Positions 38,060 to 51,991 of a stretch of DNA of 64,000 bases are shown here, in pieces. The notes beneath the pieces are model-generated. The model saw only the letters and a list, made by a program, of their open reading frames with translations, searched no databases and was not told the origin of the DNA. The stretch spans positions 33,833,339 to 33,897,338 of the forward strand of contig JARFYF010000017.1 of the NCBI GenBank assembly GCA_030265395.1, given 5' to 3'. Made by a program: the position numbers and the translations under genes. Within the stretch, counting starts at the first letter, position 1, and each line of letters starts with the position of its first letter. This stretch comes from Rhina ancylostomus. Its lineage: Eukaryota.

Positions 38060-38340
38060 TTTTGAAAGAGACATTAAACTGAGGTTCTAACTGTACCTTG
38101 TTGATGGCACTACTTCAAAAAAAACAGGGAATTATCCCTGGTATCCTGGTTAATGTTTCCCTTGACTTACATTACTGAAACAGGTTATCTGGTCATAGTC
38201 ATCCTGTTGTATGTGAAATCTTGCTACATACAAATTTTCTGCTACATTTCTTACATTACAAACATTATTTCACTTGCAAGGCACTGTATGCTTTGTGATG
38301 TCATGAAAGGTGTCATATGAATGCAAGTCTTTTTTTGCTT
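38060..38340 (+). mobile_element. Deu-domain SINE fragment
   Basis: gagacattaaactgagg..atggcactacttcaaa..cagggaattatccctggtatcctgg..gttatctggtcat..atgaaaggtgtcatatgaatgcaagtctttt is the reverse complement of the 331-760 family. Confidence 0.72.
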
Positions 38341-38630
38341 TTGTACACTTTTGTTTGATTATGATTAAAGAACAAGAGATGTGAGCTACCTTGCATGATG
38401 TAAGCATACTGGGGAGGTTACCTGCCAATGTTATGATATACAGATATGTCTGCAAATGAGAAGCTGGGGTGGGGGGGGGGTGGTCAAGTAGATTGCTTCC
38501 TCATGCAGGTTTGTTTACTTCTTGCAGGGATAATCTGGCAGTAATTTCTTTCTCTGGATAGTCAACAAACAGCAGAATAGATTCGTCAGTTGAGGGATGT
38601 GATAGTTGATTAGCAGAGGGGTCCATGAGT

Positions 38631-38724
38631 AAAGCAGAAAATGCTGGAGATACTCAGCAAGTCAGGTCACATTCGTGAGAAGAGAAACAGAATTAACATT
38701 TCAGGTTGGAGACTTTGTTCAGAA
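38631..38724 (-). mobile_element. Single arm of the Penelope-like terminal-repeat family
   Basis: aaagcagaaaatgctggagatactcagcaagtcagg..gagaaacagaattaacatttcaggtt..ttcagaa. Confidence 0.68.
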
Positions 38725-39468
38725 TCAGGTTTATTATCACTGACATATGTCATGAAATTTGTTTTTTGGCAGCAGTACTGTGCAAGACATAAAGACATAA
38801 ACATTACATAAGTTACAAAAATAAATAAATAGTGCAAGAGAGGAATAACGAGGTAGTGTTCATGGACTGTTCAGAAATCTGATGGCGGAGGGGAAGAAGC
38901 TGTTCCTGAAACATTGAGTGTGGGTCTTCAGGCTNNNNNNNNNNNNNNNNNNNNNNNNNNNNNNNNNNNNNNNNNNNNNNNNNNNNNNNNNNNNNNNNNN
39001 NNNNNNNNNNNNNNNNNNNNNNNNNNNNNNNNNNNNNNNNNNNNNNNNNNNNNNNNNNNNNNNNNNNNNNNNNNNNNNNNNNNNNNNNNNNNNNNNNNNN
39101 NNNNNNNNNNNNNNNNNNNNNNNNNNNNNNNNNNNNNNNNNNNNNNNNNNNNNNNNNNNNNNNNNNNNNNNNNNNNNNNNNNNNNNNNNNNNNNNNNNNN
39201 NNNNNNNNNNNNNNNNNNNNNNNNNNNNNNNNNNNNNNNNNNNNNNNNNNNNNNNNNNNNNNNNNNNNNNNNNNNNNNNNNNNNNNNNNNNNNNNNNNNN
39301 NNNNNNNNNNNNNNNNNNNNNNNNNNNNNNNNNNNNNNNNNNNNNNNNNNNNNNNNNNNNNNNNNNNNNNNNNNNCCTTTCCACTGCTGATCCCTCAATG
39401 AAGACTGGTGTGTGTTCCCTCGACTTCCCCTTCCTGAAGTCCATAATCAATTCCTTGGTCTTGCTGAG
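38720..39468 (-). mobile_element. Young Rex1/Babar-type LINE fragment spanning an assembly gap
   Basis: ORF 38860..39513 reads SKTKELIMDFRKGKSREHTPVFIEGSAVER...LKTHTQCFRNSFFPSAIRFLN. The 3' tail starts agaatcaggtttattatcactgac. Confidence 0.87.
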
Positions 39469-41354
39469 TATGTTAGAACTAAGGGTCCATGATATTGTTT
39501 GATCTGAAACCATAGACTTTGTGATGTTCCGTCTTCAGTAAATCTGCTTTGCAATTAAGATGAGAAATACTCTAGAATGCTAACAGGACAGAGTTTTGCT
39601 GTTAGACTGTAAGACTAACCTGCAGTGCAGTTTCACAAATATTAGCAATGGTTGTTACAGTTAGTGGTGAAAACTGAAATAGCAAGAGCCCTGATGATGC
39701 TTTTATTTTTCCTTTTTAAATTTGATACCGATTGTTTTATGCTACTTCCAAAGGCATTATGAGTCAGGCATTTTTTTTACTTTACAAGCATTTTTCTGGC
39801 GTCAAATGATCCATTTTTTAAAAAAATGACTTCATAACTTGTTAAAGTTAGACTTTAATTCACATTCTCTTGCATAACTACTCCAATACCAGTTTGTTAA
39901 TTGATGACAGTTATAAATGCTTGCTTTAATGGATTGCCAACTGGAAACTATTTTAGTCAGTGTTAAAATTAACCAGATTTCTGTGTGAACTGCAACCAAA
40001 GTGATCTTGATTGTTCAAATTTATGCTGAAAGACTAAGATTTTTAAATGTGTATAATACCTTGAATGTTACTTTATTTGAATTTTTACACTTTATAATTA
40101 ATTTGCTGAGGAATGACACCATGCTGTGTCGATACCCTATTTCAATAATGTCTTAATGAGTTGTTATGCACTCATAACCCAGAGCCTGTTCCTTTTGATG
40201 TTTTAATTTTTTCCAGCAATCCAAGTTTTTATGAGAACCTGGAGTGCAGAGCTTGATGGACCTTATTTCATCACAAGCAGTACAAGTTGAAAAAATAGAA
40301 ATAAATAGTGTAGTCTATAAAATACTTATATGTGGCAACTAACAAGCAATGGTTGGAATTGTCTTGTACTTTCTTCAGTGGCATAGCAAACCATATGACA
40401 AATTTTGTGCAATTTATAGGAGTCATTGAACCTTGAAGATTGTGTAAGTGTCTTCAATATATTTCTATTGTTGGCATCATTTACTCTTTATAGAATATTA
40501 CAGCACATTGGAAACCACACGGCCCATTGCACCTGCTTTGGCTTTCTGGAAGCACCATCCAAGTACTCCACATGGATCTGAGTTTTTCCTTCCATGCCTC
40601 TTTCAACATGAAGACCATTTAATTCTGTGTCATCACCAGCCTAAAGTTCTTATCATATCTGGGCTTAACTTTTTAAATAATTTCCTTCCTGGATTCCTAA
40701 CATCTCTAGTAGCTTAAATGCTCAGACATTGTCCTCAACGCCTTCACGTGGCTTTCTGACTTGTATGCAAGAAGATGTAAAATCATTGTATTAAACCCGA
40801 AACTATGTTCCATCTTGTATTTAGATTCTCCAGTTCTTGTCTTTTATCTGCCTGTCCTCATTCCACACTGGTATTACCAGTAGATATCACACGACAGCCC
40901 ACAGCTCTTCACTCCTTCCTTATTTTCCTTTGTCTTTCTACTTCATTTTGTAAATGTATTCCGAAAGCTGATCATTTTAACTAAGCCTTTATGAATTGAT
41001 ATCTATTTTATCTATTTAAATATTTTTCCTTCCGTTCTGCAGTGACAGAGATTCTTTAGAAATCTGCCACTGTTCTGCCACATATTGAAAAATTCAACAT
41101 ATGCAAATTATAAGTTAATGATGACAGAGTCCTTATGAGAACCATAAGAAGTGTAAGGCCAGCTACCTGGTCTATTGAATAAGGCTCATTCAATGTTTTT
41201 GATATTAGGAATCTTGAACAGAAGTGCTCACAATACTCCACAGCCATGGTGTTTCTTGGCAGAGACAAGAATATTGAAAGGGGAAAGCCTTCATTAATTT
41301 AGGACAAACAAATAATGTTGGAGATATCCCAAGTTCTTCCTTCACAGTTGCCTC

Positions 41355-41515
41355 TACCCGTGTCTTTTAGAGAATGAAATCTGCCATTCTTATCAAGCTT
41401 AGTTCCACCAGTGTGGTTGATTCTTAACTGTTCTCTCACTTTAGAGGTAACTAGGGATAGACAATAAATGTCAGCTTTGCCAGCTGTGTCAATGACCAAT
41501 GAATTTTAAAAAAAG
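41355..41515 (+). mobile_element. 3' half of a tRNA-SINE with L2-type tail
   Basis: tttagagaatgaaatctgccattctta..gtgtggttgattcttaactg..tagggatagacaataaatg; same family as 63648-63960. Confidence 0.6.
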
Positions 41516-42162
41516 AGATAGGCATCTATCAGGAAGAAATGGGAACAAGTGTTTTGGTGTTAAAAGGGATTTGAGCTATGAAATTGAATTAAATAATATG
41601 CCAAGCTTATGCACAACCTAAATTAGTGAATAAATGGCCAAATCAAGGGGAAAGAGTACCAAAACTGGAAATTACAGCTAAGGCTAAAACTGATGGCTTT
41701 GGTCTTGATGTTCAACTGGATAAAGTAGACTCCTCCAGCATTTAGTATCAGGTCACAAGTGGGAAAGCATTTCATAATGTGTTGGTTACATACTTAAGAA
41801 AATACAGCATACCTCAGTACTTGAAATTTTTTAAAATACTGCATTTAAAATTAAATAGTAATGTTTAAAAGGGAATGGTTTTAATGTCATTGACTGAATA
41901 GAGCACAGTGAATAGCTGTACATAAGATGCATCTGAACTACATATAAGTCAGCAGAGTTGTGATTTTTAAAGCTGCTTGTTTTCTACATTTTTATTCTTA
42001 GATGTAATATTTTGTCATAATGATTTTACTGGATGTGGTTATTGCTTCTGGCCAAATAATTTTGAAATCAGAAGAATACCACAACCAAATTACTAATTAA
42101 TTCCAAATTTTTCTCTCAAGTCAAATTCTAGTCAATGTACAGTGAAATTATGTGTCTTACAG

Positions 42163-42306
42163 TGTTCAAGTGGTACGTTGGACTATATCTTTGGACGATG
42201 CGATGTAGCCATGAAGAACCTGCAAAAAGATTCAACACTGGGCATTTCCTTCCTAACTTCCTTGGACCTTGAATTTGTGAGACAAACAGAAGAGATCCAC
42301 AATGAG
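42163..42306 (+). CDS. FTO: FTO exon 6 (144 nt, phase 0-0); start of C-terminal helical domain
   Basis: Acceptor ..tgtgtcttacag, donor GTAAAA. Translates CSSGTLDYIFGRCDVAMKNL...RQTEEIHNE versus human [20 protein letters not shown]...KQGEEIHNE. Confidence 0.97.
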
Positions 42307-45300
42307 GTAAAAACAATTCCGTATGTAATAACTTTTTCTTGATTACCTAATAACTGTCAGTAACAAGTTAAATTGTTTGCAGTTAAATGTACTATGCTAC
42401 ATAGCTGTCTAGACACAGATTGCCAAATGACAATGAATATTCCACACACAAAAATAATTTCTTTCAGGCTTAAAAAATATGGTCATGTTAAGGCCAAGAG
42501 TAAATCCCGTGTGAAACTCAGATGATTCAGAGACCAGGCTGATGTTGGTTAAAATGCTTTTAGAAATTAAATGATCAGTAAAGTTGTCCCTTTATCTGGA
42601 ATATATTGAGGGTACTACAAATAGCAAGTTGAAATGCAGAAACAACAGTCTTGATTTTAACCTATTAGGAAATGTAATGTGCATGGGCCACTCTGTGAAT
42701 CTTTCTACCCACTCTTGTAGCTTGGGCCGCTAATTTTTTAGTTCCTGCAGGATAGAAACATGATTTCAGCTAGGAGGAAACCACTGCTGGGAAACTGAAA
42801 GGACAGTTCACTGTGAAAAAGTAACTATAGTTTGAGGCAACTGAGGCTTCATAAAGAAGCCTCTTCAAAATTAAAATTCACCTGGGTTTTTTGGCCACCA
42901 CCCTGCTTGTGGCTAGATTAAGCATTGAATTTGAGGAGTGAGTGGGATTTTATTGGTCTTTTAGTTAAAATTCTGTTTGGTTCTAGATGGTGTCAGCACC
43001 TTTATGCAAAAATAGCAAGATAATTCATTTGAATGGAGATGAATGGCTGTGATGGAGAATGGTAACATTAAAATAATGTACATTTTTAAATTTGATTTTA
43101 ATTGAGTGAATTAGTTTTTATTTATTAATTATTTTTAAAATGGTTTGATTTTCTGTGACTTCTGTATTTAAATAANNNNNNNNNNNNNNNNNNNNNNNNN
43201 NNNNNNNNNNNNNNNNNNNNNNNNNNNNNNNNNNNNNNNNNNNNNNNNNNNNNNNNNNNNNNNNNNNNNNNNNNNTTAAATAATGTGCTGAAGCATTTGT
43301 TTCAGCTTCGATACTGGTAAAGCTAGGGCCATGGGTTTGCTGACTGTTAACCTTTTTGCAGTGGAGTTGGAAATGAAATTACTCTTGTCCACTCACATGG
43401 CAGCACTACATTGCACAAAGCTCTGCCCCCACGTAAGGCCTCACCATTTTGGATCTGGACCTTGATTACCAGCAATTTGACATGAGGAGGGGATTTGTGT
43501 GTCACTCATGAGTGTGAACTGCTTGCTGGTGGCAGCAATTTCTGACCCATTGTGCTTAAGTTCTCATTTTTCTGGCATCGGTCCATGTCCCAATGCAAAA
43601 TGCATTTAGATGTCCATATTATCTGTCAAGGAATGGTGTGGTGAGTTTGCAAATTTGCTTTAAACACCCTACAGGCTTNNNNNNNNNNTTTGTTTAATCT
43701 ACTTTATTTAATCTTTTTATTACAATTGAGACTTTTGATGCTGGCCTTCTATCTAATGAAATTCAGATATAATTAATGTTGGGAAATGGATCTTGTGATA
43801 TAATTCAGGTAGCACACTGCCAATTCATGAAGACTGGTTACTCTGAGTCAAAATCATTTTGAACACAGTGTCATTTGTGCCATGATAGCTTTCTTTGATG
43901 GAGTCAAGGGCAATTTCTACATAATACTATGGCAGAGCAGAGATTTGTTCATATTTGTCGGAGATATTGCAGCACTCAGCACCCTTGGTGCACTTCATTG
44001 TCTCAAGGTCTGGAAAGATCTAAAGGAACAAAAAATGATTATGTGGAAGGAACAAGGGCCACTGTCATTGTTGCTTGCAATCAAGTAGCTGAAGTTTCAG
44101 AGAGAACTTAGTAATTGTCCTAGATAAGCCTCAACATGAGAACGATGAACTAGCCTACTGACTGATGGCCCCTTTGAGTTTTATTGTTTCTGTGCAAGAT
44201 TGTCTGCCCTTGACTTTACCACAATAAAACGACAGCATTTTTGAACAACTGCAAAGCCAAATAATTTTGTTATCTAAGGTGTTTGAGTTTGAACTGCTAC
44301 ACTTACAACTGTTCAAATCATGAGCCTTTTTATATATTACTCTCTTTAACTTGAATTGAAGTTGGTCCTTGGACAGTGTTTAGAAATATGACAGAGTGCA
44401 GACTTGCACTGAAAGGTCACCAGTTATTTCTGCAGTGTTGGAAATGACAGATTGGGCTGTTGGCTGCAGGTTACCCAGGAGAGTCTCATTTCTTGATTTT
44501 TGATTTATTGACTCTTGGTGGCAAACGAGGCATTGTCTTTGGTTTTTTTTCCGACTTTACAATGAGTCCTGCTGATGGACTGTACAGAAAGCTCCTAATG
44601 TGTTTGAATGAGCATTCAAATACAGCAAGCTGAAGGAATTACCAGGCTCTTAGATAGTTACCACAGGGCACTATTACGGAATATGTTGTTATCTGTGTAG
44701 GTGGCTGGTGAACATGTGGTCAGTAATAATTTATAATAAAATATATGATCTGCCGTGCTTGATTGATTGGTGGACCTCTGAGCCAGCTGGACCATGCTTT
44801 CTGGACCTAGCCAACCTGCAGCTCTGGGGTATAGCTAAAAGCATGCTAGATATTGATTCCGTACTCATCAGTTACCACTTTATGGTCCTCTGAAAATTAG
44901 CTTGTGAGCAGTGCACTGTAGAAAAATTTCAGCTGCTTGCATTGAAAGGGATAATGGCAGTTAGGTACAAGATTTGTTGTTCAGAATATTGGTCTGCAAT
45001 AGTCACAGCATGGGTAATGTATGTTGCAGCATGTCAGAATAGAATATCAATTCAGCTGATAGTTTTGCAGGTATAAAGGAAATTAAATATGGATTACCTG
45101 AGCGGGTGGCCTTCATTCAGCAAGGTTTGTAAATAATTGGCTCAGCTTGTCATGCACGCTAAATGCTATGCACTCTTGTACCTGACCTTCGATATTTAAT
45201 CCTGACTAAAAACCTGAGCTTCCGCCTTTAATCAATGATTGTTTCTGTTGTGCAAACCGATAGAGTTGTTCAGAAAAGCATGCTGAGTTTTACAATTCAT

Positions 45301-46542
45301 TACTGTGAGCTCTAACTGGGTAAGTGTTATTTAGAGTTTATCTTCATTAACATCCATGCTTGGTATTTGTAATTTACCATGCCACAAAAGCAAAGCAAGC
45401 AGACAACCTTTTGAAAACTGGATATTAATAATAAAATAAATTTGTCATGTTTCAAATGATTTTAACCTAATTTGTTCAATCATTATCCTTTCATTTGGTG
45501 TTGGAGCATTTCTTGCAGGCAGTAGTTAACATCAAATGCATTTTGATAACAGGTGGAAATTGATTCTTCAGCATGCTTGGAGTCAATTTCATTTATTGTT
45601 GTTACTAAGTTCAATCACTTGTCTAAATCATTAAAACATTTTAAGACTGTGCAACTAATTCCTGAATTCTGGATGAAGAGCAAAACACTCTTTAAGCTGA
45701 ATCTCAATCATTTTGGAAACAAAAGCAGATTGTTTCTTCAGTGTTCACAAATTGAAAAAATTGAGTTACTGTGGTAGTGTGGTCCAAGTTTCCTCCTTTC
45801 AAATTGTGGCCTGGTTTTTGGTATGTCAAAACTTCCACCTTCCATAAAGCAATGTCCAGGAAGTTTCCTGATCATTTAGCCTTTGGATCATTAACATATT
45901 AACAATCTCCACGTCCACATTTACAGTATACACCTAGATTGAAACAACGATTTGCTGCAGTACACCTATGATCAGTTACACATGTCATTTTGAATTAAAG
46001 TGTAAATATATCTTTCTGCTAATCTTATATTAAAAACTAGATACTAAAGACATGCAGAAATTCTGTTATTTAATGTGGTGCAATTGATGCAAAATACATT
46101 AAAGGAAGTTTGTTTCTCATTCACATAACTACTGAAATAATTACATTAACAGGAGATAAATAAAAACTGTTCAGATAGATACTGAATACGGACAAGGATT
46201 CCAAATGTCATTATTGGGGCAATCTGGTGAGCAGTGGGGTGTTTAAGGCATGTTGCCATTGAATGTTTGCCAACAGAATTTGGTACTACTTAAGAATCAA
46301 GGAGGGTGCAGGATTCCAACAAATATTATTAAAATGAACTGTATCTTCCAACAATTATCCAAATAGTATCATTATATATAAATAATGTTTCACCCAGTTT
46401 GTTTTCAACTCAGTTGCTGACACCATGGTGTTTTGTTCTTGTCCTCTTGAGTTCCTGCTGTCAATATCATTCATGAATTGTTTACCAGGAGGTATATGAG
46501 GCTCCTGGTATAATGTATATTGTGAACAATTTCTAACTGAGT

Positions 46543-46872
46543 GTGCGGTAACACAGCAGTTAGTGCAGCTCCAGTGACCTTGCTTCAATCCTGATCTTGA
46601 GTGCTGGTGATGAGGAGTTAGCATGTTCTTTTTGTGATAACATGGGTTTCTTCTGATTCCTCCAGTTTCCACCCACATCCCAAAGTCATGGGGATTGCCA
46701 CTATAAATGGCTCTATGGGTAGGTTAATGGCAAAAAGAATCAGAGGGACTTGATGTGTGAGAGAGGATGGAGCAGGGGTACAGTAAAATAATGAAGGGGG
46801 AATAGGATTTATTGGATTGCTTCCTTGGGAGCCAGCATGGACTCAGTGGTTACAATGGCTTCCTTCTGTGTA
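46543..46872 (+). mobile_element. V-type (HE1-like) SINE
   Basis: gcggtaacacagcagttagtgcagctccagtgacct..ttcaatcc head, catgggtttcttctg..ctccagtttccacccacatcccaaag V domain, gccagcatggactcagtgg..aatggcttccttctgtg tail. Confidence 0.75.
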
Positions 46873-47797
46873 ATTCAAACTGGAAGATGAAATACAGAGC
46901 GGGGATTCTCTTAGGGCACCTCTGTAGAGAAAGTGTAGATCTTCACAGAACTTGAATCATGGTTGAGATTAGCACCAATTGACAGTGAATTTCTGGTACA
47001 AATCTTTGTCAGTATTATCAAGATGTAGGAAGACAATACACTACTGTGTATAATTATACTCTCTTGTGCCTACTTCTATATCTTAATGTCGTAAACCTCC
47101 AATGAAAGTGCAATTATTGCAATACCCAAAATATATACTATTCACCAGGAATTAAGTGAAATTAACTCACTTTTATGTTTTTTTTTAAGCATGTTGTCAC
47201 AGGTCTGGTGTAGAAATCCTATCTCAATTTCATTAGTACTAACATCATTTACACCACAGAATCGACATGTTTGCTTCATAATTTCATTTTATGTTGTATT
47301 TTGATTGTATATGTTTTGATAATTGGGAAATAGTAATAGCATTAACTAAATATATGTAATCTACAGATATAGTGGAAATGTTGTTAATACAAGTTAGTTT
47401 CCATCTTTATCCTATTAACAACCTGCCTTCATGGCCTAGAACTACCAGACCACATGTATAAAATTCTTTCCAAGATGCACTGGACCAAACCTTGGTTGTG
47501 TCCAGATGTACAGCTCCATTCCTCTGGCATTATTCTTGAAATAAAGAAACTAGTTCTGCTGTAATCTTCAACCAATTGACTGTAAGTCTTGCTGCCAATT
47601 GCATATTTTTTGCAGCTGTGTTGTTAAACTCCTCCTGATTCCAAACTGTTCTTTGCCTAATGCAGAGCTCAAGTACAAACAGATTGAAATCTTACACCAG
47701 AAATTCATTGCTGCATGCTAGTTTGTACTGTTCTTCCAACTACTGTATTCCTATAGGTATTTTTTTACTGGATCCTTTTTGAATACATTATTATATA

Positions 47798-48120
47798 CCA
47801 TAGAATACCATAGAACCATAGAACAATACAGGCCCTTCGGCCCACCATGTTGTGCCGCCCATCAAACCACACCTCACACTATCTANNNNNNNNNNNNNNN
47901 NNNNNNNNNNNNNNNNNNNNNNNNNNNNNNNNNNNNNNNNNNNNNNNNNNNNNNNNNNNNNNNNNNNNNNNNNNNNNNNNNNNNNCCCTTCACAAAGCCA
48001 TGCTGGCTGCCCCTAATCAGTCCATGACTCTCTAGGTGTTCATATATCTTATCCCTCAGAATTCTCTCTAACAGCTTACCCACCACAGACGTGAGACTCA
48101 CCGGTCTGTAATTCCCTGGG
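47798..48120 (-). mobile_element. Young CR1-like LINE whose middle lies in a gap
   Basis: Tail repeats ccatagaa(tac)/ccatagaa left of the gap. Right of the gap the minus strand reads an undisrupted PGNYRPVSLTSVVGKLLERILRDKIYEHLESHGLIRGSQHGFVK. Confidence 0.9.
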
Positions 48121-48254
48121 AAATATTTGGATGCATCCTTTAACAGATTTGGGGACAAGCATTTGGAAATAAAATTCATACAAACATAATTAAATATTGA
48201 ATCACTTATCACAGTGTACACAATAAAAATATATCAGACAATTTAAGTAAGTAA

Positions 48255-49410
48255 TTTTGTTGAGGTCCCACTGGTAGGCTGGTCCAGAAGGTTCAAAGCA
48301 AATGAGATCTAAGGCAAGCTGGCTAATTGGAGCCAAAATTGGCTTGGTAATAGGAGGCAGAGGATGGTGGTGAAAGGATTCTTTTCTGATTGGAAGTCTG
48401 CGACTCGTGGTATACCACAGGGATTAGTACTGGGACTTTTGTTGTTTGTGATATAGATTAACGACTTGGATGTGAATATAACAGGAAACATTAGTAAGTT
48501 TCTGGATGACACAAAAAATGGTGATGTTGTGGAGATTGAGGAAGGTTGTTTAAGGCCACAGGAGGGTGCACTGTAGATCAGATGGAAAGTTGAGCAGAGC
48601 ATTGGCATATGGAATTTAATTCCAACAAATGCAAGATGATGCATTTTGGGAAGTCGAATTAGGGTAAGACATGTACAGTAAATGGTAGGGAACCTAGGAA
48701 TATTGATGAACAGAGAAACCTGGAGGTTCAAGTCCATTGTTCCTTGAAAGTGGCAATGGAAATCAATAAGACAATGAAGAAGGCATCTCGCATGTTGCCT
48801 TCATAGGTAGGGGCAGAGAATATAAGTGTTTGGATTTTTTTGCAACTTTACAAAACACTGGTTAGGCCACATTTGGAGTATTATGTGCATTTCTGGCTAC
48901 ACTATAGGAATGATATGATTGTGCCGGAGAGAGTGCAGAGGAAACTCACCAGGATGGTGGGTTGGAGGACTAGTTATGGGGAAAGAATGGATAGGCTGGA
49001 CTTGTTTTCCTTTGAGTAAATGAGGCTTAAGGGTGACCTTATTGAAGTGTATAAGAATATGAGAGGCAGAGATAGGGCAGATAGTCAAAATCTTATTCCC
49101 GTGCTGGGGTATCAAAAACAAGAGGGCATAGAATTGAAGGTGAGAGGAAGGAGTTTTAAAGGGGTTCTGAGGGATAAGTTTTTTTTTACACAGAAGTGGT
49201 TGCTATGTGGAACATGCTGGCAGAGGAGGTGATGGAATCAGATATAATTACTATGTTTAAAAGCTGTTTTGACAGATGCTTACAGAGGCAAGGTGTAGAA
49301 GGATATGGTCCTAATGCAGGCCAATGGGATTAGTGTAGATGGGCAAAAACGTTGGCCTGAATGTGGTGGGCCAAAGGAACTGTTTCTTTGCTATATGACT
49401 GTGTATGCAA
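48255..49410 (+). mobile_element. CR1/HER1-like LINE 3' ~1.15 kb (RT to tail), decayed
   Basis: ggtataccacagggattagtactggga (GIPQG.VLG), aagtttctggatgacacaaaa (KF.DDTK), RLKGDLIEVYK, and tail gtggtgggccaaagga..gctatatgactgtgtatg. Confidence 0.9.
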
Positions 49411-50439
49411 TGACTTATGGTATAGCATGAGCTTGCATCAATAACTATGATGGGAACTATTTTCAGACAGAATTTCTGTTTGAATTTAGTGGGAGTGGTT
49501 TTATTAAAGAAAATTGAAGGCAAAACATTGAAGTGCATTTCGATTCATATAGCTTAATTGCATAGTTATACTTTGTATATGTCACTAATCTTGTCATGAT
49601 GTCTCTTTGAACAAAGTTGTTCTTCTGCATTGCTAAATTTTGCACTAAAATATCAAACACATCTATAATCCTAGTGAGTGGAGGAACAGTGCAATCTGGC
49701 TTGGGCTAATGAACCTCTGAGGTAAGATTGTTTGAAATTTATCACTGGGCTGTTTGTCAGAAAGGTTGGAAGCAGTAATTTTAACAATGCAATGGATACT
49801 GTTTTTTTAAATTTGTTCAATTTTGCCAAAACATTGGATCTTAAATTCAATTGAATTGTTTGCCTACATGTGCAATAGCAGTGTGGGATATTATCTATTG
49901 TTTATAATGTGCTGGAACATACTGACCATCTGCGCCTACTTTTCCTGCATATGGTGGGCTGAACAAGCTAACCCTCCATATTTGACAGGCTTCTGGTGAA
50001 GTGAGTGGGCTCCAAGTGGTGAGTAGCTCTTCAGCATCATATCTTGACATGTTGTCTCCTGAATTCCCTCACAGCCTTTGACAGATCACCAGCTGGCAAA
50101 GGCTTTTTAACTATTAAATCTCTCTGTTAGTTGGGGACATTTTTAAAAGCTATTCAAATAGATTTAAATGTTTTTAAAAGTGATTACAAATATAATAAAA
50201 CACTCAAAAGTAATGTAAAATAACTAAAGCAAAATAAGAAAAGAACTAACCTGCATTTTATTTTTCTCACTTGTTTTGCTTAAAGGAACTANNNNNNNNN
50301 NNNNNNNNNNNNNNNNNNNNNNNNNNNNNNNNNNNNNNNNNNNNNNNNNNNNNNNNNNNNNNNNNNNNNNNNNNNNNNNNNNNNNNNNNNNTTTTTCTTA
50401 AAGGAACTAGACACTTTAACCCATCAGTTACATGCCAAC

Positions 50440-50710
50440 TCCCAGCAGATCAATCCTATTCACCCCACTCCCCACCTTTATTCCCCTGTAACCTCTTCTC
50501 ACATATGCTTGACAACTCTGATTCTTTTTTCCATTTACCTACATTAATGGCAATATCCAGTGTTCAATTAACCTACCAGGATATCTTTGGATTGTGGGAG
50601 GAAACCTGTGCTTTGGGTGAAATCCACCAGTTATAGGGCAAAAATGCAACCTCCACACAGGCATCACCCAAGATCATGATTGAACCCCAGTGGCCAGTGC
50701 CATGGAATAG
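50440..50710 (-). mobile_element. V-type SINE, decayed
   Basis: caattaacctacca..atctttggattgtgggaggaaacc..aatgcaacctccacacaggca..attgaacccc, paralogous to 7425-7776 and 12797-13062. Confidence 0.7.
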
Positions 50711-51991
50711 CAATAGCAATGCCGTCACATNNNNNNNNNNGTCAGTGACTCCAGTCAAAATAATGAAGACATCATTCCAGTGCCAGCTCTTCCTGGCATA
50801 AAACAGATTCAGAATGCATCCAGGTCCCTCCTTGTCATGTCACGGCTTTGCTCAGTGGCAAGTTCAGCAGAGGAATGGACTGTGGTTTCACTGACATTGA
50901 CTTGCAGTAAATCTCAAATTGCAACCCCCACTCCCGCCCAAAGACTGTTTCATTGAAATTGTGTGTTATTCATCCAGAGTAGAGACCCATTTTACTCCAT
51001 CTTTCTTCATTAGAGAACTCTCTTGAACCAGGATTCAACCTAGAGAATCTTTGCTACCCTACTTTTAATGCAAGTATATTCTTCCTTAAACTATATGGTA
51101 ACTGTACTTAGTGCTCTATGTGATTTCACCAATAACTCTGTAGGGTTGCAGGAAGATAACCTATAAAAATAGCTAAAGGCATATCCTCATTGCACTCTGC
51201 TTCCAAAATTCATTTCCTTTGAAATTATTTCCTCACATTATATGTGAAATGGTCATGCCTTTGCAACCATCATGATCTGACCGAATGGAAGGCAATGTCG
51301 GTAATGGAATGCTAAGTGCTTATGCAACAGATGGAACTGAGCATCCACTAATTCCCTTCGATTTATTCAAGACTAACCTATTTAATATTTGGTAGTTTTA
51401 AAGGAAGATTTCTGAGTGTGTAGTAACATTCCATTATTTAGAATTATTTGGAGCTCCGATTGCTTTGTTGTCATATTGCTCTTCATTTCTGCTCATTTTT
51501 TTTCAGATGCCCTGTTAGCACTTATTTTTCAGTCACTGGAGTTTGAGGATATCTCCATGCTGCCATAAGTGATAAGATATCTGACCTCTAAGCCATCTCA
51601 TAAATGACTGCAAATTTACAAGTGCAACTGTTGGTAGAAACTAGACTAATATTACACCATGTGTTGGTCATTGTTTAAATCCTGATTACTTTCTGCTATT
51701 GTGATAACAAAACTCAGAGCATTGGTATGTCAGTCGTAGTATGACAAGGAGGTTATGTCTTTTCCATTGTATTGATTAAAGGGAAACTGGGGCAGTGTAG
51801 TTCATATTAACAGTGACAGCAATTTTCCAAGTATAAATACTGAAAAGGAGAATCTGGATTTGCAAACTTCCATCCTCTCTCTTTTAATTTTGCAAAGCAC
51901 AGGCATAGCTATCAGTATTTGTACTGGTGGTTTATTTTTCCCAAAATGTTGTATACTTGATTGTGTATACTAATATGTCATTACTAGTAGT

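Noticed and set aside
38860-39513. Long ORFs running through N gaps (also near 1736, 3360, 47779, 50271, 56671, 62243)
   Set aside because: Their length is an artefact of X translation across gaps. Only the LINE-derived flanks are meaningful.
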